Assembly: GCA_947472995.1 (NCBI GenBank)
Contig: CANJBO010000001.1
Span: 140,361 to 204,360, forward strand
Source: Chloroflexota bacterium
GTDB lineage: Bacteria > Chloroflexota > Dehalococcoidia > UBA2979
Direction of reading: 5' to 3'
DNA length: 64,000 nt
A program made the translations under genes and the position numbers. Below the pieces are notes generated by a model. That model saw nothing but the letters and a program-made list of their open reading frames with translations. It ran no database searches and had not been told where the DNA came from. Shown in pieces: positions 16,711 through 26,246 of the stretch; the stretch's first letter is position 1, and each line of letters opens with the position of its first letter.

Positions 16711-17541
16711 ATGACCGAAGACCCGTCCGCCGGCCTGCGCGAATCGGCACGCGAGTGGGGCCGCGCGTTGATCGCGAAGGCGCCGTGGGCAGAGGTCGCG
16801 GACCGCGTCACGTTGCTGCTGACCGCGCCCCCGGCCGGCCTCGACGCCGCGCCGAACAGCGTGTCGCTGTGGCTCTCGATCGACCTGCCGACGGCGCGCG
16901 CGCTGCCGCAGGAGTACCGCGCGCTCGTCACCGACGAGGCGCAGGTCGAGCGCCACCGCGCGACCGGCGACCTGCCGGCGATCGCCGTGACGTTCACCAC
17001 GGACGGCGCCCTCGACCGGCTGTTGCAGGCGACCACGCGGCGGGCGATGGAGGCGCGCTGGCAGGTGCGCCACAGCGAGGTGATCACGGACCGCCTGCAC
17101 CGCGCGGAGAACTACGCGCTGCGCGCCGGCATGCTGCCGGACGACGCTCCCGAGCGCGTGGTCCGCGGCCTCTGGGTCGAGGCGCAGGCTGCGGCGCGCG
17201 CGTTCGCCGCGATCACGGGCGAGCGCCCCGCGGACGCGCTCCCGGCGGCGGGCGAGCTGATCGCGGCGCTCTGCCGCCTCGCCTGCTTCGTGGACGACGG
17301 CGCCTACCCCGCGACGGAGTGGCTCCTGCCGGCGGCGCGCCCGACGCGCATCGGCAAGCGCATCGCCAGCTGGCTCGACGGCGTCGTGCCCGCGTTCGGC
17401 GGCGACGAGGCGGCCGCGCGACGTGTCGCCAGCAGCGCCGACCAGGTGCTCGCCGAGGTGCAGGAGGTGCTGGCCGAGCGCCACCGCAGCCGCCCGTGGC
17501 TCGCCGCACCCGAGGTCTTCACGCTCCGCACCCCCCGCTAG
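16711..17541 (+). CDS. Hypothetical protein (276 aa)
   Basis: ATG 16711 begins the non-low-complexity part (MTEDPSAGLRESAREWG...) of the 15046..17541 frame. Codon bias is coding-like. No family assigned. Confidence 0.55.
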   Translation: MTEDPSAGLRESAREWGRALIAKAPWAEVADRVTLLLTAPPAGLDAAPNSVSLWLSIDLPTARALPQEYRALVTDEAQVERHRATGDLPAIAVTFTTDGALDRLLQATTRRAMEARWQVRHSEVITDRLHRAENYALRAGMLPDDAPERVVRGLWVEAQAAARAFAAITGERPADALPAAGELIAALCRLACFVDDGAYPATEWLLPAARPTRIGKRIASWLDGVVPAFGGDEAAARRVASSADQVLAEVQEVLAERHRSRPWLAAPEVFTLRTPR

Positions 17542-17552
17542 CGCCGTCCTGC

Positions 17553-18758
17553 ATGGACGCGAACGAGGTCGACTGGCTGCGCGGTGAGCAGGGCGCGCTC
17601 GCGCTGGCGCATGCCGACGCGTTGCTGGCGAGCGGCGTGCGGGAGCTCGCGGTCCTGAGCCGGCTGCGGCGCGAGGTCGGCCCCGAGCAGGCCCGCGCCG
17701 TGCTCGCGCTCCTCGAGGGCCGCCGTTCGGCCGCCGCGAAGTTCTCGGACGCGGCGCGGCTGTACTTCGATCGCGAGAGCGCCGAGCAGGCCACCGCCGA
17801 GGCGGTCGCACGCCACACCGCCGCGCGCTTCGCCGGGACACGGCGCATCGCCGACCTCGGCTGTGGCGCCGGCGGCGACGCGCTCGCGCTCGCGGAGCAC
17901 GCGCCGGTGCTCGCCGTCGATCGCGACCCGACCCGCCTCGCCCTCGTCGCCGCGAACGCCGCCGCGCGCGCCCTGCCCATCGAGGGCGTCGAGGCGAGCG
18001 TCGAGGCGTTCACGCTGCCGGACGACATCGACGCCGCGTGGCTCGACCCCGCACGCCGTGACGACGGCGGCCGCGTGCACGACCCCGAGCAGTGGTCGCC
18101 GCCGCTCTCCACCGCCGTGCGGATCGCCTCGAGCGTGGCGCGTGCGGGGATCAAGGTGGCACCGGGCATCGATCTCGCGGCGGTGCCCGAGGGGGCCGAG
18201 GTCGAGTTCATCTCGCACGAGGGGACGCTGGTCGAGGCGGTGCTGTGGCTCGGCGCCGCCGTCACGGCCGCGCGACGCGCGACGGTGATCACGAGCGGTA
18301 CCGCAGGCGTGACGGTCACCTCGATCGCGGGGGCACCTGACACCGGCGCCACGCCGATCGGCGTGCCGGGACGCATGCTCTACGACCTCGACCCGAGCGT
18401 GGGGCGCGCGAGCCTCGTCGACGCAGTCGCGCCGCTCCTCCACGCGTGGCGGCTGGACGAGCACACCGCCTACCTCAGCGGCGACGAGGACGCCCCCGAC
18501 TCGCCGTTCGCGCGGCGCTTCCGCATCGACGCGTGGCTCCCGTTCGCCGAGCGACGGCTGCGCGAGACGCTCGACGCCCTCGGCGCCACGCGCGTCGAGG
18601 TGATGCGGCGCGCGTCGCCCGTCGACACGAACGCGCTGGAGACGCGCCTCAACCGGACGCTGGCCTCGCGGGGCGCGCCGGAGCAGCGCGTGCGCACGGT
18701 GGCGCTGACGCGCGTACGCGGCGAGCACGTCGCGATCGTCTGCGAACGGGTGCGCTGA
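17553..18758 (+). CDS. Class I SAM-dependent methyltransferase with C-terminal THUMP-like domain
   Basis: SAM-binding motif IADLGCGAGGDALALA and VLAVDRD. 401 aa from ATG 17553. Confidence 0.7.
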   Translation: MDANEVDWLRGEQGALALAHADALLASGVRELAVLSRLRREVGPEQARAVLALLEGRRSAAAKFSDAARLYFDRESAEQATAEAVARHTAARFAGTRRIADLGCGAGGDALALAEHAPVLAVDRDPTRLALVAANAAARALPIEGVEASVEAFTLPDDIDAAWLDPARRDDGGRVHDPEQWSPPLSTAVRIASSVARAGIKVAPGIDLAAVPEGAEVEFISHEGTLVEAVLWLGAAVTAARRATVITSGTAGVTVTSIAGAPDTGATPIGVPGRMLYDLDPSVGRASLVDAVAPLLHAWRLDEHTAYLSGDEDAPDSPFARRFRIDAWLPFAERRLRETLDALGATRVEVMRRASPVDTNALETRLNRTLASRGAPEQRVRTVALTRVRGEHVAIVCERVR

Positions 18759-18766
18759 AGGCAGAA

Positions 18767-18804
18767 GCCCTCACCCCAGCCCTCTCCCCGAACGGGGAGA
18801 GGGG
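18767..18804. repeat. REP-like palindromic element, family 1 (copy A)
   Basis: gccctcaccccagCCCTCTCCCCgaacGGGGAGAGGGg contains a 10-bp stem with loop gaac. It is 36/38 identical to the reverse complement of 41627-41664. It lies in the convergent intergenic spacer. Confidence 0.8.
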
Positions 18805-18893
18805 CCAGAGGCGGATCGCCGCGGCGAGAAGCGGCGTGCTCACGGTCGTTGATGAACGGGGCGTCGACAGCGAGAGCGCGGCAGCGCCTGCGG

Positions 18894-20000
18894 TTAGACC
18901 GCGGCGGCGCTGGTCGTCGGCGCGACGATCTCGCTGCCGAAGAACTCGTACAGCAGGCGGCGGCGCAGCGCGTCGATGCCGAGGCCCGTCACGGCCGAGG
19001 TGTAGAGCGTCTCGGTCTCCATGCCCAGCGGGTTCGCCTCGTCGAGGAGGGCGAGGTCGGCCTCGGTCTCCACGGGCGATCCGTCGGGGAGCACCATGCC
19101 GTCCACCTTGTTCACGACGCACAGCACCGGCGTGTCGCCGATGCCGAGATCCTCGAGCGTCTCCTGCACGGTGTCGCGCTGCGCGTCCACCGCGTTCGCG
19201 GTGCCATCGATCACGTGCACGAGCAGGTCCGCGGTGCGCAGCTCCTCGAGGGTGGCGCGGAACGCGGAGACGAGCTGCGTGGGGAGCTTCTGCATGAAGC
19301 CCACGGTGTCGGTAAGGAGAAACGCCTCGGACGTGCCGGAGCCGATGCGACGCGTCACGGGGTCGAGCGTCGCGAAGACCGCGTCGGCGGCGTAGACGTC
19401 CGCGCCGGAGAGCGCGCGCATCAGCGAGGACTTGCCGGCGTTGGTGTACCCGACGAGCGCAACGACGGGCATCGCCTGTCGCTCGCGGCGCGACCGCTGG
19501 AGCGCGCGCTGCGCCGAGACGCCCTTGATCTGCTTCTTCAGGCGCGAGATGCGCGTGTTGATGAGGCGCCGGTCCGTCTCCAGCTGCGTCTCACCGGGGC
19601 CGCGGAGGCCGATCGCACCCTCCATGCGTTCGAGGTGCTGCCACTGGCCGCGCAGCCTCGGCAGGAGGTACTCGTGCTGGGCGAGCTCGACCTGCAGCGA
19701 CGCCTCACGCGTCTGTGCGCGCGCGGCGAAGATGTCGAGGATGAGCGCCGATCGGTCGAGCACCTTCACCTTCAACGCGTTCTCGAGGTTCAGCTGCTGC
19801 GAGGGCGACAGCGCGTCGTCGAACACGACGAGCGAGTAGTCGGTCTCGCCGCGCGCGGCCACGATCTCCTCGATCTTGCCGGAGCCGATGTACGTCGCCG
19901 GGTCGATCTTCGCGCGACGCTGCGTCATCGAGCCCACGACGACACCACCCGCCGTGTCGACGAGGCGGCCGAGCTCCAGCATCGACTCGTCGAGCGACAT
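18894..20000 (-). CDS. hflX: GTPase HflX (coordinates of the ATG-initiated ORF; the true start is probably upstream)
   Basis: G-domain GYTNAGKSSLMRAL, DTVGF and NKVD. The HflX N-domain similarity (KQERAYLVGV) continues upstream of ATG 20000 in frame, where there is no ATG/GTG/TTG. Confidence 0.88.
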   Translation of the reverse strand: MSLDESMLELGRLVDTAGGVVVGSMTQRRAKIDPATYIGSGKIEEIVAARGETDYSLVVFDDALSPSQQLNLENALKVKVLDRSALILDIFAARAQTREASLQVELAQHEYLLPRLRGQWQHLERMEGAIGLRGPGETQLETDRRLINTRISRLKKQIKGVSAQRALQRSRRERQAMPVVALVGYTNAGKSSLMRALSGADVYAADAVFATLDPVTRRIGSGTSEAFLLTDTVGFMQKLPTQLVSAFRATLEELRTADLLVHVIDGTANAVDAQRDTVQETLEDLGIGDTPVLCVVNKVDGMVLPDGSPVETEADLALLDEANPLGMETETLYTSAVTGLGIDALRRRLLYEFFGSEIVAPTTSAAAV

Positions 20001-20238
20001 GCCCTCGCGGGCACCACGATCGACGCCGACGAGGTAGGCGCGCTCCTGCTTCGTGGCGGTCTTGTGCGAGTTGCCGCGCTTGCCTCGGAAGGGCTGCGGA
20101 GCCGGGCGCTCGTCGCCGATCTCTTCGTACTCGTAGTCGGGGGGAACTGAAATAACGGGACTCCTGCTACCGGTCGTTACAGACAGTGTAGACGAGGAGG
20201 CCAGCCCATCGGTTCCATCGACGGCATGACGCGAGAGG

Positions 20239-21417
20239 CTAGAGGACTTTCTCGCCGCGCGCGTAGGCGGACAGGCGCTTCAGCGCCTCCTCCAGCCGGT
20301 CGTCCGGGACGGTGAGCGAGATGCGGATGTAGCCCTCGCCCGCCTGTCCGTACGACATGCCCGGCGTGACGACGACGCCCGTAGCGTCGATGAGGCCGGC
20401 GGCGAACTCCGCGCTCGACCGCTGGCCCTCGGGGAGGCGTGCCCACACGTAGAGCGAGGCCTTCGGCGGGTCGAGGCGCAGGCCCAGCTCCCGTAGCACC
20501 TCGACGACGCGGTCGCGGCGGCGCTCGTAGATCGCGTTGTGCACCGCCATCGTGTCGCGCGGGTCGTCGAGGGCGGCGATCGCCATCTCCTGGATCGCCT
20601 GCGGGATGCCGCTGTCGAGGTTCGTCTTCACGCGGGTCAGCGCGTTGATCACGGTGGCGTTGCCGACGGCCATGCCGACGCGCCAGCCCGTCATGTTGAA
20701 CGCCTTCGACAGCGAGTTGAACTCGATCGTCACGTCGATCGCGCCGGGCACCTCGAGGATGCTCGTGGGGGCATAGCCGTCGTAGACGACATCGGCGTAG
20801 GCGAGGTCGTGCGCGATGACGACGTCGTTCGCCTTCGCCCACGCGACGGCCTGCTCGAAGAAGGCGCGGTCACAGACGGCGCCGGTCGGGTTGTTCGGGT
20901 AGTTCAGCCAGAGGATCTTCGCGCGGCGCGCGACGTCCGCCGGGATCTCGTCGAGCCGCGGCAGCCAGCCGTCCTCCTCGCGCAGCGGAAGCTTCACGGT
21001 CTCGCCGCCCGCGAACATCGTGCCGATCTCGTACACGGGGTAGCCCGGGTCGGTGATCAGCGAGACGTCGCCGGGATTGATCAGGCACAGCGGGAGGTGG
21101 CCAATGCCCTCCTTCGAGCCGATCAGCGGCACGACCTCCTTGTTCGGGTCGAGCGTCACGCCGTGCCTCGTCTGGTACCAGCGCGCGATCGCCTGGCGCA
21201 GCTCGGGGAGGCCGTCGGACTCCGGGTAGCGGTGGTTCGCCGGCTTGTCCGCCGCCGCCTTCAGCACCTCGATGAGGTACGAGGGCGTCGGCACGTCGGG
21301 GTCACCGATGCCGAGCGAGATGACGTCCACGCCCGCGGCACGCTTCTCCGCGATCATCTCGGAGATGCGGGCGAACAGGTACGGCGGCAACTGCTGCACG
21401 CGCTGGGCGAGTTCCAT
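20239..21417 (-). CDS. dapL: PLP-dependent class I aminotransferase, probable LL-diaminopimelate aminotransferase
   Basis: QQLPPYLFARI, LGIGDPDVPTP, NYPNNPTG and SLSKAFNMTGWRVG. It sits in the same array as dapF. Confidence 0.7.
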   Translation of the reverse strand: MELAQRVQQLPPYLFARISEMIAEKRAAGVDVISLGIGDPDVPTPSYLIEVLKAAADKPANHRYPESDGLPELRQAIARWYQTRHGVTLDPNKEVVPLIGSKEGIGHLPLCLINPGDVSLITDPGYPVYEIGTMFAGGETVKLPLREEDGWLPRLDEIPADVARRAKILWLNYPNNPTGAVCDRAFFEQAVAWAKANDVVIAHDLAYADVVYDGYAPTSILEVPGAIDVTIEFNSLSKAFNMTGWRVGMAVGNATVINALTRVKTNLDSGIPQAIQEMAIAALDDPRDTMAVHNAIYERRRDRVVEVLRELGLRLDPPKASLYVWARLPEGQRSSAEFAAGLIDATGVVVTPGMSYGQAGEGYIRISLTVPDDRLEEALKRLSAYARGEKVL

Positions 21418-21526
21418 CGAGGCATCTCCTGCGGGGAATTGGACGCTTGTTACCGGGCTGCGGCCCGTCGAGGCCCGCAGGTCTGGGTCGGGCGGGCCGG
21501 GTATCCCGGCATGAGCCCGAACAGAG

Positions 21527-22396
21527 CTATCTCCACTCGCCGAAGCGCGCCTTCACGCCGCCGACGCGACGCGCCTCGCGTGCGGCGAAGATCGCAGCTT
21601 CGTCGACGAGGCGGCGGAACTCGATGCCGGAGCGCAGGTGGCGGAAGCCGAGCTCGGAGCAGGTGCGGAGCGCCTGCTTGATGTCGGGCCGCACGCGGAT
21701 GATCGCCCGCGTCGCGTCCTTCGAGGCGAGCTGGTACGCCGCCGCGCCGACCACGAGCTTGCCGTAGCCGTTGCCCCAGTGCTCCGGGGCGACCGCGGCG
21801 GTGAGGATCGTGCCGTCACCACGCTCGACGTCGCCGTTCATCGCGAAGCCCGCGATCTCCCCGCCGACCTCGAGGACGCCGGTCCACGTCGCGGCAGCGA
21901 GCATCGCGTCGAAGGAGCGAGTGCCCTCGGCGTAATCGCCGTAGGCGTCCTGCCAGATCGCGCGGATGCGATCGGTGTCGCCGGCGGCGGCACGGCGCAT
22001 CGTCACGCCCGCGGGGAACTCGGGCACGCCAATGGTGCCAATAGCGGGGTGGACCATGTCCATCCACTCCGCGAAGACGTCGAAGTCCGCGTCCCGGAGC
22101 ATCGGGTCGAACCAGTCGCGGTTGACGACGTTCACCAGGTCCATCACGACGTAGTCGGCGCGGTCCGCGCCGACCTTCGAGCGGACCTCTTCGAACTGCT
22201 GCGGGAAGAGGCGGCGCATCTCCTCGATCTCGCTGTACGCCCAGTGCAGGCGCAGCTGACCGAGGTCCGGCGCGAGCACCAGCTCTCCGCCTTCAGCTTC
22301 GATGTGGGTCGCGCCGGGGACCTCGATGAGCGCGCGCCACTCACGCGGCCGGACGGGCGCGTTGCGCAACGTCCACGGCGAGCTGGTGTCCATCAT
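21527..22396 (-). CDS. GNAT family N-acetyltransferase with N-terminal domain of unknown function (289 aa)
   Basis: The C-terminal GNAT core is IAGFAMNG...VAPEHWGNGYGKLVVGAA...ELGFRH. Start at ATGATG 22396. The upstream part of the 555-aa track ORF is an Arg-rich artefact. Confidence 0.7.
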   Translation of the reverse strand: MMDTSSPWTLRNAPVRPREWRALIEVPGATHIEAEGGELVLAPDLGQLRLHWAYSEIEEMRRLFPQQFEEVRSKVGADRADYVVMDLVNVVNRDWFDPMLRDADFDVFAEWMDMVHPAIGTIGVPEFPAGVTMRRAAAGDTDRIRAIWQDAYGDYAEGTRSFDAMLAAATWTGVLEVGGEIAGFAMNGDVERGDGTILTAAVAPEHWGNGYGKLVVGAAAYQLASKDATRAIIRVRPDIKQALRTCSELGFRHLRSGIEFRRLVDEAAIFAAREARRVGGVKARFGEWR

Positions 22397-22410
22397 CCGT
22401 CGCGATTCGT

Positions 22411-23295
22411 TCAACGTGTCCACTCCGACTCGAAGACGCGCACGGCGGGGCCGGTGAGGCTGACCGCATCGTGGCCGTTCCACTCGATTTCCAGCGTCCC
22501 GCCCGGCAGGCGGACGTCGACGCGGTCGTCGACCTCGCCGCGCAGGCGTGCCGCGACGACCACGGCGCACGCGCCGGAGCCGCACGCCATCGTCTCGCCC
22601 ACGCCCCGCTCCCAGACGCGCATCTCCATGTGCGACCGGTCGAGGACGCGTGTGACCTCGTAGTTCGTGCGCTGCGTGAACAGCGCGTGGTGCTCCATCT
22701 GCGGACCGATGCGCGTGAGGGGGAAGTCCTCCGGGGCGACGTCGATGAACTGCACGGCGTGCGGGTTCCCCATCGAGACGATCGCGACATGCTGCGTCGA
22801 GGCACCCTGTGCGTCGGTCGTCGTCACCGGCAGGTCGAGGACCGGCGCGGGCTGCTCGATGCTGACGCCGGAGGCCGCGGGGTCGAGGTCGGGGACGGCG
22901 GCGGTGACCTGCACGCGCGCGACGGTGCCGTCCTCGGCGCGGGTCGCGTGCACGGGCATGATGCCGGGGCCGGTCTCCACGGTCATGCGCCCCTCGGGCG
23001 CGTCGACCAGGCCGCGGTCGATCGAGAACTTCGCGAAGCAGCGGATGCCGTTGACGCACATCACGCCGTCGGAGCCGTCCGCGTTGAAGATGCGCATCTT
23101 GCGGTCGGCGACCGTCGACGGCTGGACGAGGATCAGGCCGTCCGCGCCCACGCCCATGTGGCGGTCGCAGACCTCGACGGCGAGCGCCCCCCACTCGGCG
23201 TCGGAGACGTCGAGGATGTCGGTCTCGACCACGACGAAGTCGTTGCCGGCGCCGTGCATCTTCCAGAACGGGAACTGACGAGGAACGCTACTCAT
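22411..23295 (-). CDS. dapF: Diaminopimelate epimerase
   Basis: FWKMHGAGNDFVVV, SMGNPHAV and MACGSGACA (the two catalytic Cys regions). Confidence 0.92.
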   Translation of the reverse strand: MSSVPRQFPFWKMHGAGNDFVVVETDILDVSDAEWGALAVEVCDRHMGVGADGLILVQPSTVADRKMRIFNADGSDGVMCVNGIRCFAKFSIDRGLVDAPEGRMTVETGPGIMPVHATRAEDGTVARVQVTAAVPDLDPAASGVSIEQPAPVLDLPVTTTDAQGASTQHVAIVSMGNPHAVQFIDVAPEDFPLTRIGPQMEHHALFTQRTNYEVTRVLDRSHMEMRVWERGVGETMACGSGACAVVVAARLRGEVDDRVDVRLPGGTLEIEWNGHDAVSLTGPAVRVFESEWTR

Positions 23296-24247
23296 CCGCG
23301 TATCCTACGGGCCGCGGCGCCGCCATCTCAATAGCATCGACTGCCGCCGAGAGATTCGCCCCGTCCACCCACTCGATCCGAGGGTCGCCGGCACCGAACC
23401 AGGCGGCCTGCATCCGGATCAGCCGGTGGGTCGCGATCCGGGTGCGTCGAATGGCCTCGGCGTTGTCGCACTCCCCGTCGAGGACCGCCAGCGCCTCCCG
23501 GTAGCCGATCGAGTCGAGCGCCGGGTAGCCCCGGCCGTACCGCTCCACCAGCGCCCGCGTCTCCTCGACCAGGCCGGCGTCGAACATCGCGCTCACGCGG
23601 GCGTCGGCACGCTCGTGCAGCACTTCGCGCGGCCAGCGCAGGCCGACGACGTGCCACGCGAAGCCGGGGTCGCGCGGCGCCAGCGGCGGGACGGGACGCC
23701 CGGTGACCTCGACGATCTCGAGGGCGCGGACGACCCGCCGCACGTTTGCGGGGTCGATGCGCGCCGCGGAGGCGGCGTCGACGACCGCCAGCCGCCCGTG
23801 CAGCGCCGAGGCGCCATGCTCCGCCGCGTAGGCCTCGAATGAGGCACGCAGCCCGAGGTCGGGCGGCACCTCCGGCACCTCCCAGCCCTCCAGGAGCGCC
23901 CAGACGTACTGGCCGGTGCCGCCGACGACCAGCGGCAGGCGGTCACGCGCCCACGTCGCCTCGATCACGGCGCGTGCCTCGCGGAGCCAGTCGGAGAGCG
24001 CCCACGGCGCGTCCGGCGCGACCGTCCCGACGAGGTGGTGCGGCACGGCGGCCAGCTCCTCGACGGTCGGGGCGGCGGTGCCGATGCGCATCTCGGCCCG
24101 CAGCTGCCGCGAGTCGGCGGAGACGACCTCGAGGGGCAGGCGCTGCGCGGCCTCAATCGCGACGGCGGTCTTCCCGGACGCGGTCGGGCCGACGAGGACA
24201 ACGACACGCCGATCGAAGCGTCGATCAGGCGCGTGCTCGCTGGGCAT
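23288..24247 (-). CDS. miaA: tRNA dimethylallyltransferase
   Basis: P-loop LVGPTASGKTAVA and VGGTGQY. Start at ATG 24247 (MPSEHAP). Confidence 0.9.
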   Translation of the reverse strand: MPSEHAPDRRFDRRVVVLVGPTASGKTAVAIEAAQRLPLEVVSADSRQLRAEMRIGTAAPTVEELAAVPHHLVGTVAPDAPWALSDWLREARAVIEATWARDRLPLVVGGTGQYVWALLEGWEVPEVPPDLGLRASFEAYAAEHGASALHGRLAVVDAASAARIDPANVRRVVRALEIVEVTGRPVPPLAPRDPGFAWHVVGLRWPREVLHERADARVSAMFDAGLVEETRALVERYGRGYPALDSIGYREALAVLDGECDNAEAIRRTRIATHRLIRMQAAWFGAGDPRIEWVDGANLSAAVDAIEMAAPRPVGYADE

Positions 24248-24264
24248 GGAATGGGACGCCTGAA

Positions 24265-25032
24265 CTACGCGACGAACGCGCGGCAGATCGCCTCGAACGA
24301 CGCACCGTCGAGGGACGCCCCGCCGACGAGGACGCCGTCGACGTCCGGGCACGCCGCGTAGCCGGCGGCATTCCCGGCGTTCACCGAGCCGCCGTACTGG
24401 ATGCGGCAGGCGTCCGCGCTCGTGCGGTCGAAGCGCTCCGCGAGGATCGCGCGCACCATCGCGCAGCGCTCCTGCGCGTCGTCAGCAGTCGCTGCGAGGC
24501 CGGTGCCGATCGCCCACACCGGCTCGTACGCCACGACGAGGTCCGGCGGCAGGGCATCGAAGCCCTCGAACGCGCCGGTGAGCTGACGACGCAGCACCGC
24601 CTCGGTACGGCCGCCCTCGGCCTCCTCGCGCAGCTCGCCGATGGCGAGGACGGGGCGCAGGCCGGCGTCGAGGACCGCGCGTAGCTTGCGGTTGGTGTCC
24701 TCGTCGGTCTCGCCGAAGACGTGGCGGCGCTCCGAGTGGCCGATGAGCACGGCGGCGGCTGTGCCGACGAGCATCGGCGCGCTGACCTCGCCGGTGAAGG
24801 CGCCCTTCGGCTCCCAGTAGACGTTCTGCGCCGCGACGGCGAGGCTGCTGCCGCCGAGGAGGTCCGCGGCGTCACCGAGCCACGCCGCGGGCGGGCAGAT
24901 CACCACCTCGACGCCACGCAGGCCATCGAAGCGTGCACGCAGGTCGCGCAGCAGCGCGTGTGCCTCGGCACGCGTCGTGTTCATCTTCCAGTTGCCACCG
25001 ACAATGGGAACGCGCGGCGTGGCGGAGGTCAT
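24265..25032 (-). CDS. tpiA: Triose-phosphate isomerase
   Basis: VGGNWKMN, IGHSERR, AYEPVWAIGTG and YGGSV. Start at ATG 25032. Confidence 0.93.
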   Translation of the reverse strand: MTSATPRVPIVGGNWKMNTTRAEAHALLRDLRARFDGLRGVEVVICPPAAWLGDAADLLGGSSLAVAAQNVYWEPKGAFTGEVSAPMLVGTAAAVLIGHSERRHVFGETDEDTNRKLRAVLDAGLRPVLAIGELREEAEGGRTEAVLRRQLTGAFEGFDALPPDLVVAYEPVWAIGTGLAATADDAQERCAMVRAILAERFDRTSADACRIQYGGSVNAGNAAGYAACPDVDGVLVGGASLDGASFEAICRAFVA

Positions 25033-25034
25033 GC

Positions 25035-26234
25035 CTACGCCCCGTACTTCGCGAGGCGGCCGGCGTGCGCGAAGGCGATCGGCATCAGCTCCTTCGCGGG
25101 GATCGTGCCGATCTCGCCCATCGCGCTCATCGTCTCGGAGAACCTCGTGACGTTGTCGGTGCGGACGTGGTCGCCCCAGACGACCACCGGCACCGGGTGC
25201 CACGAGTGCGCCGCCATGCTGGCCGGCGTCGAGTGGTCGCCCGTGATGACGAGGACGTTGGGCTTCAGGGCGAGCAGCGCGGGCAGCGCGTCATCGAACG
25301 CGACAACCGCCTCCTGCTTGCGGCGGAAGTCGCCGTCCTCGCCCGCGCTGTCGGTGTACTTGTAGTGCAGGAAGAAGAAGTCGTACTCGTCCCAATGCTG
25401 CTTGATGAGCGCGATCTGCTCGTCGATCGAGTGGGCGCCCTCCAGCGACTCCATGCCGCAGAGCTTCGCGACGCCGCGGTACATCGGGTAGACCGTGACG
25501 GCGGCGGCGCGCAGCTTCCACAGTTCCGGGAACGGCGGCATGTCCGGTCGAGGCGACCAGCCGCGCAGCAGCACGCCGTTGCCCTGCGGACGACCGGCGA
25601 GCATCTGCTCCGCGGCGGCGACCCACTGCCGCACGAGGTCGGCGATGCGCTCGCCCGCGGCGCCAGTCGCGGTCGCGATGATCGGCGGGACGCCCTCGCG
25701 CTGCGGGTCGGTCTCGAGCAACTGGTCGCTCAGCCCCTCGCCGCGCAGGACGAGGACGAAGCGCTGGTCCTGCACCGGCTCGACGAAGACCTCGACGCCC
25801 GGCAGGCGGATCTGGCGCAGCAGGGCGCAGACCTCGGCGGTCTGCTCCGTAGGCATGCGGCCCGCGCGGCGGTCGGTGATCAGCCCGGCGGCGTCGAGGT
25901 TGCAGAGGTTGCCGCGCGCGGCGATGTCGTTGGGGCCGAGCTCGAAGCCGATGCCGGTGCCCTCCAGCGCGCCGCGGCCGATCTCGTAGACCAGCGGGTC
26001 GTAGCCGAACAGCGCGATGTGGCCCGGGCCGGAGCCGGGCGTAATGCCGTAGCCCACGGGCAGCGTGCGTCCCACGCTCCCCTGCTCCGCGAGGCGGTCG
26101 AGGTTGCGCGTGTCGGCCTCCTCCAGCTCCGTGCGGCCACGCGGGCCGGGCAGGCCGCCGAGGCCGTCCATGACACAGAGGATCACCTTCGTGTCGGCGG
26201 GCTGGGAGAGGCGTCGGATCAGGTCGAGGTCCAT
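25035..26234 (-). CDS. apgM: Cofactor-independent phosphoglycerate mutase, archaeal ApgM type
   Basis: ILCVMDGLGG, PGSGPGHIALFGYDP and ITGDHSTP. About 400 aa, located between pgk and tpiA. Confidence 0.85.
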   Translation of the reverse strand: MDLDLIRRLSQPADTKVILCVMDGLGGLPGPRGRTELEEADTRNLDRLAEQGSVGRTLPVGYGITPGSGPGHIALFGYDPLVYEIGRGALEGTGIGFELGPNDIAARGNLCNLDAAGLITDRRAGRMPTEQTAEVCALLRQIRLPGVEVFVEPVQDQRFVLVLRGEGLSDQLLETDPQREGVPPIIATATGAAGERIADLVRQWVAAAEQMLAGRPQGNGVLLRGWSPRPDMPPFPELWKLRAAAVTVYPMYRGVAKLCGMESLEGAHSIDEQIALIKQHWDEYDFFFLHYKYTDSAGEDGDFRRKQEAVVAFDDALPALLALKPNVLVITGDHSTPASMAAHSWHPVPVVVWGDHVRTDNVTRFSETMSAMGEIGTIPAKELMPIAFAHAGRLAKYGA

Positions 26235-26246
26235 GGTGCTCCGGTA

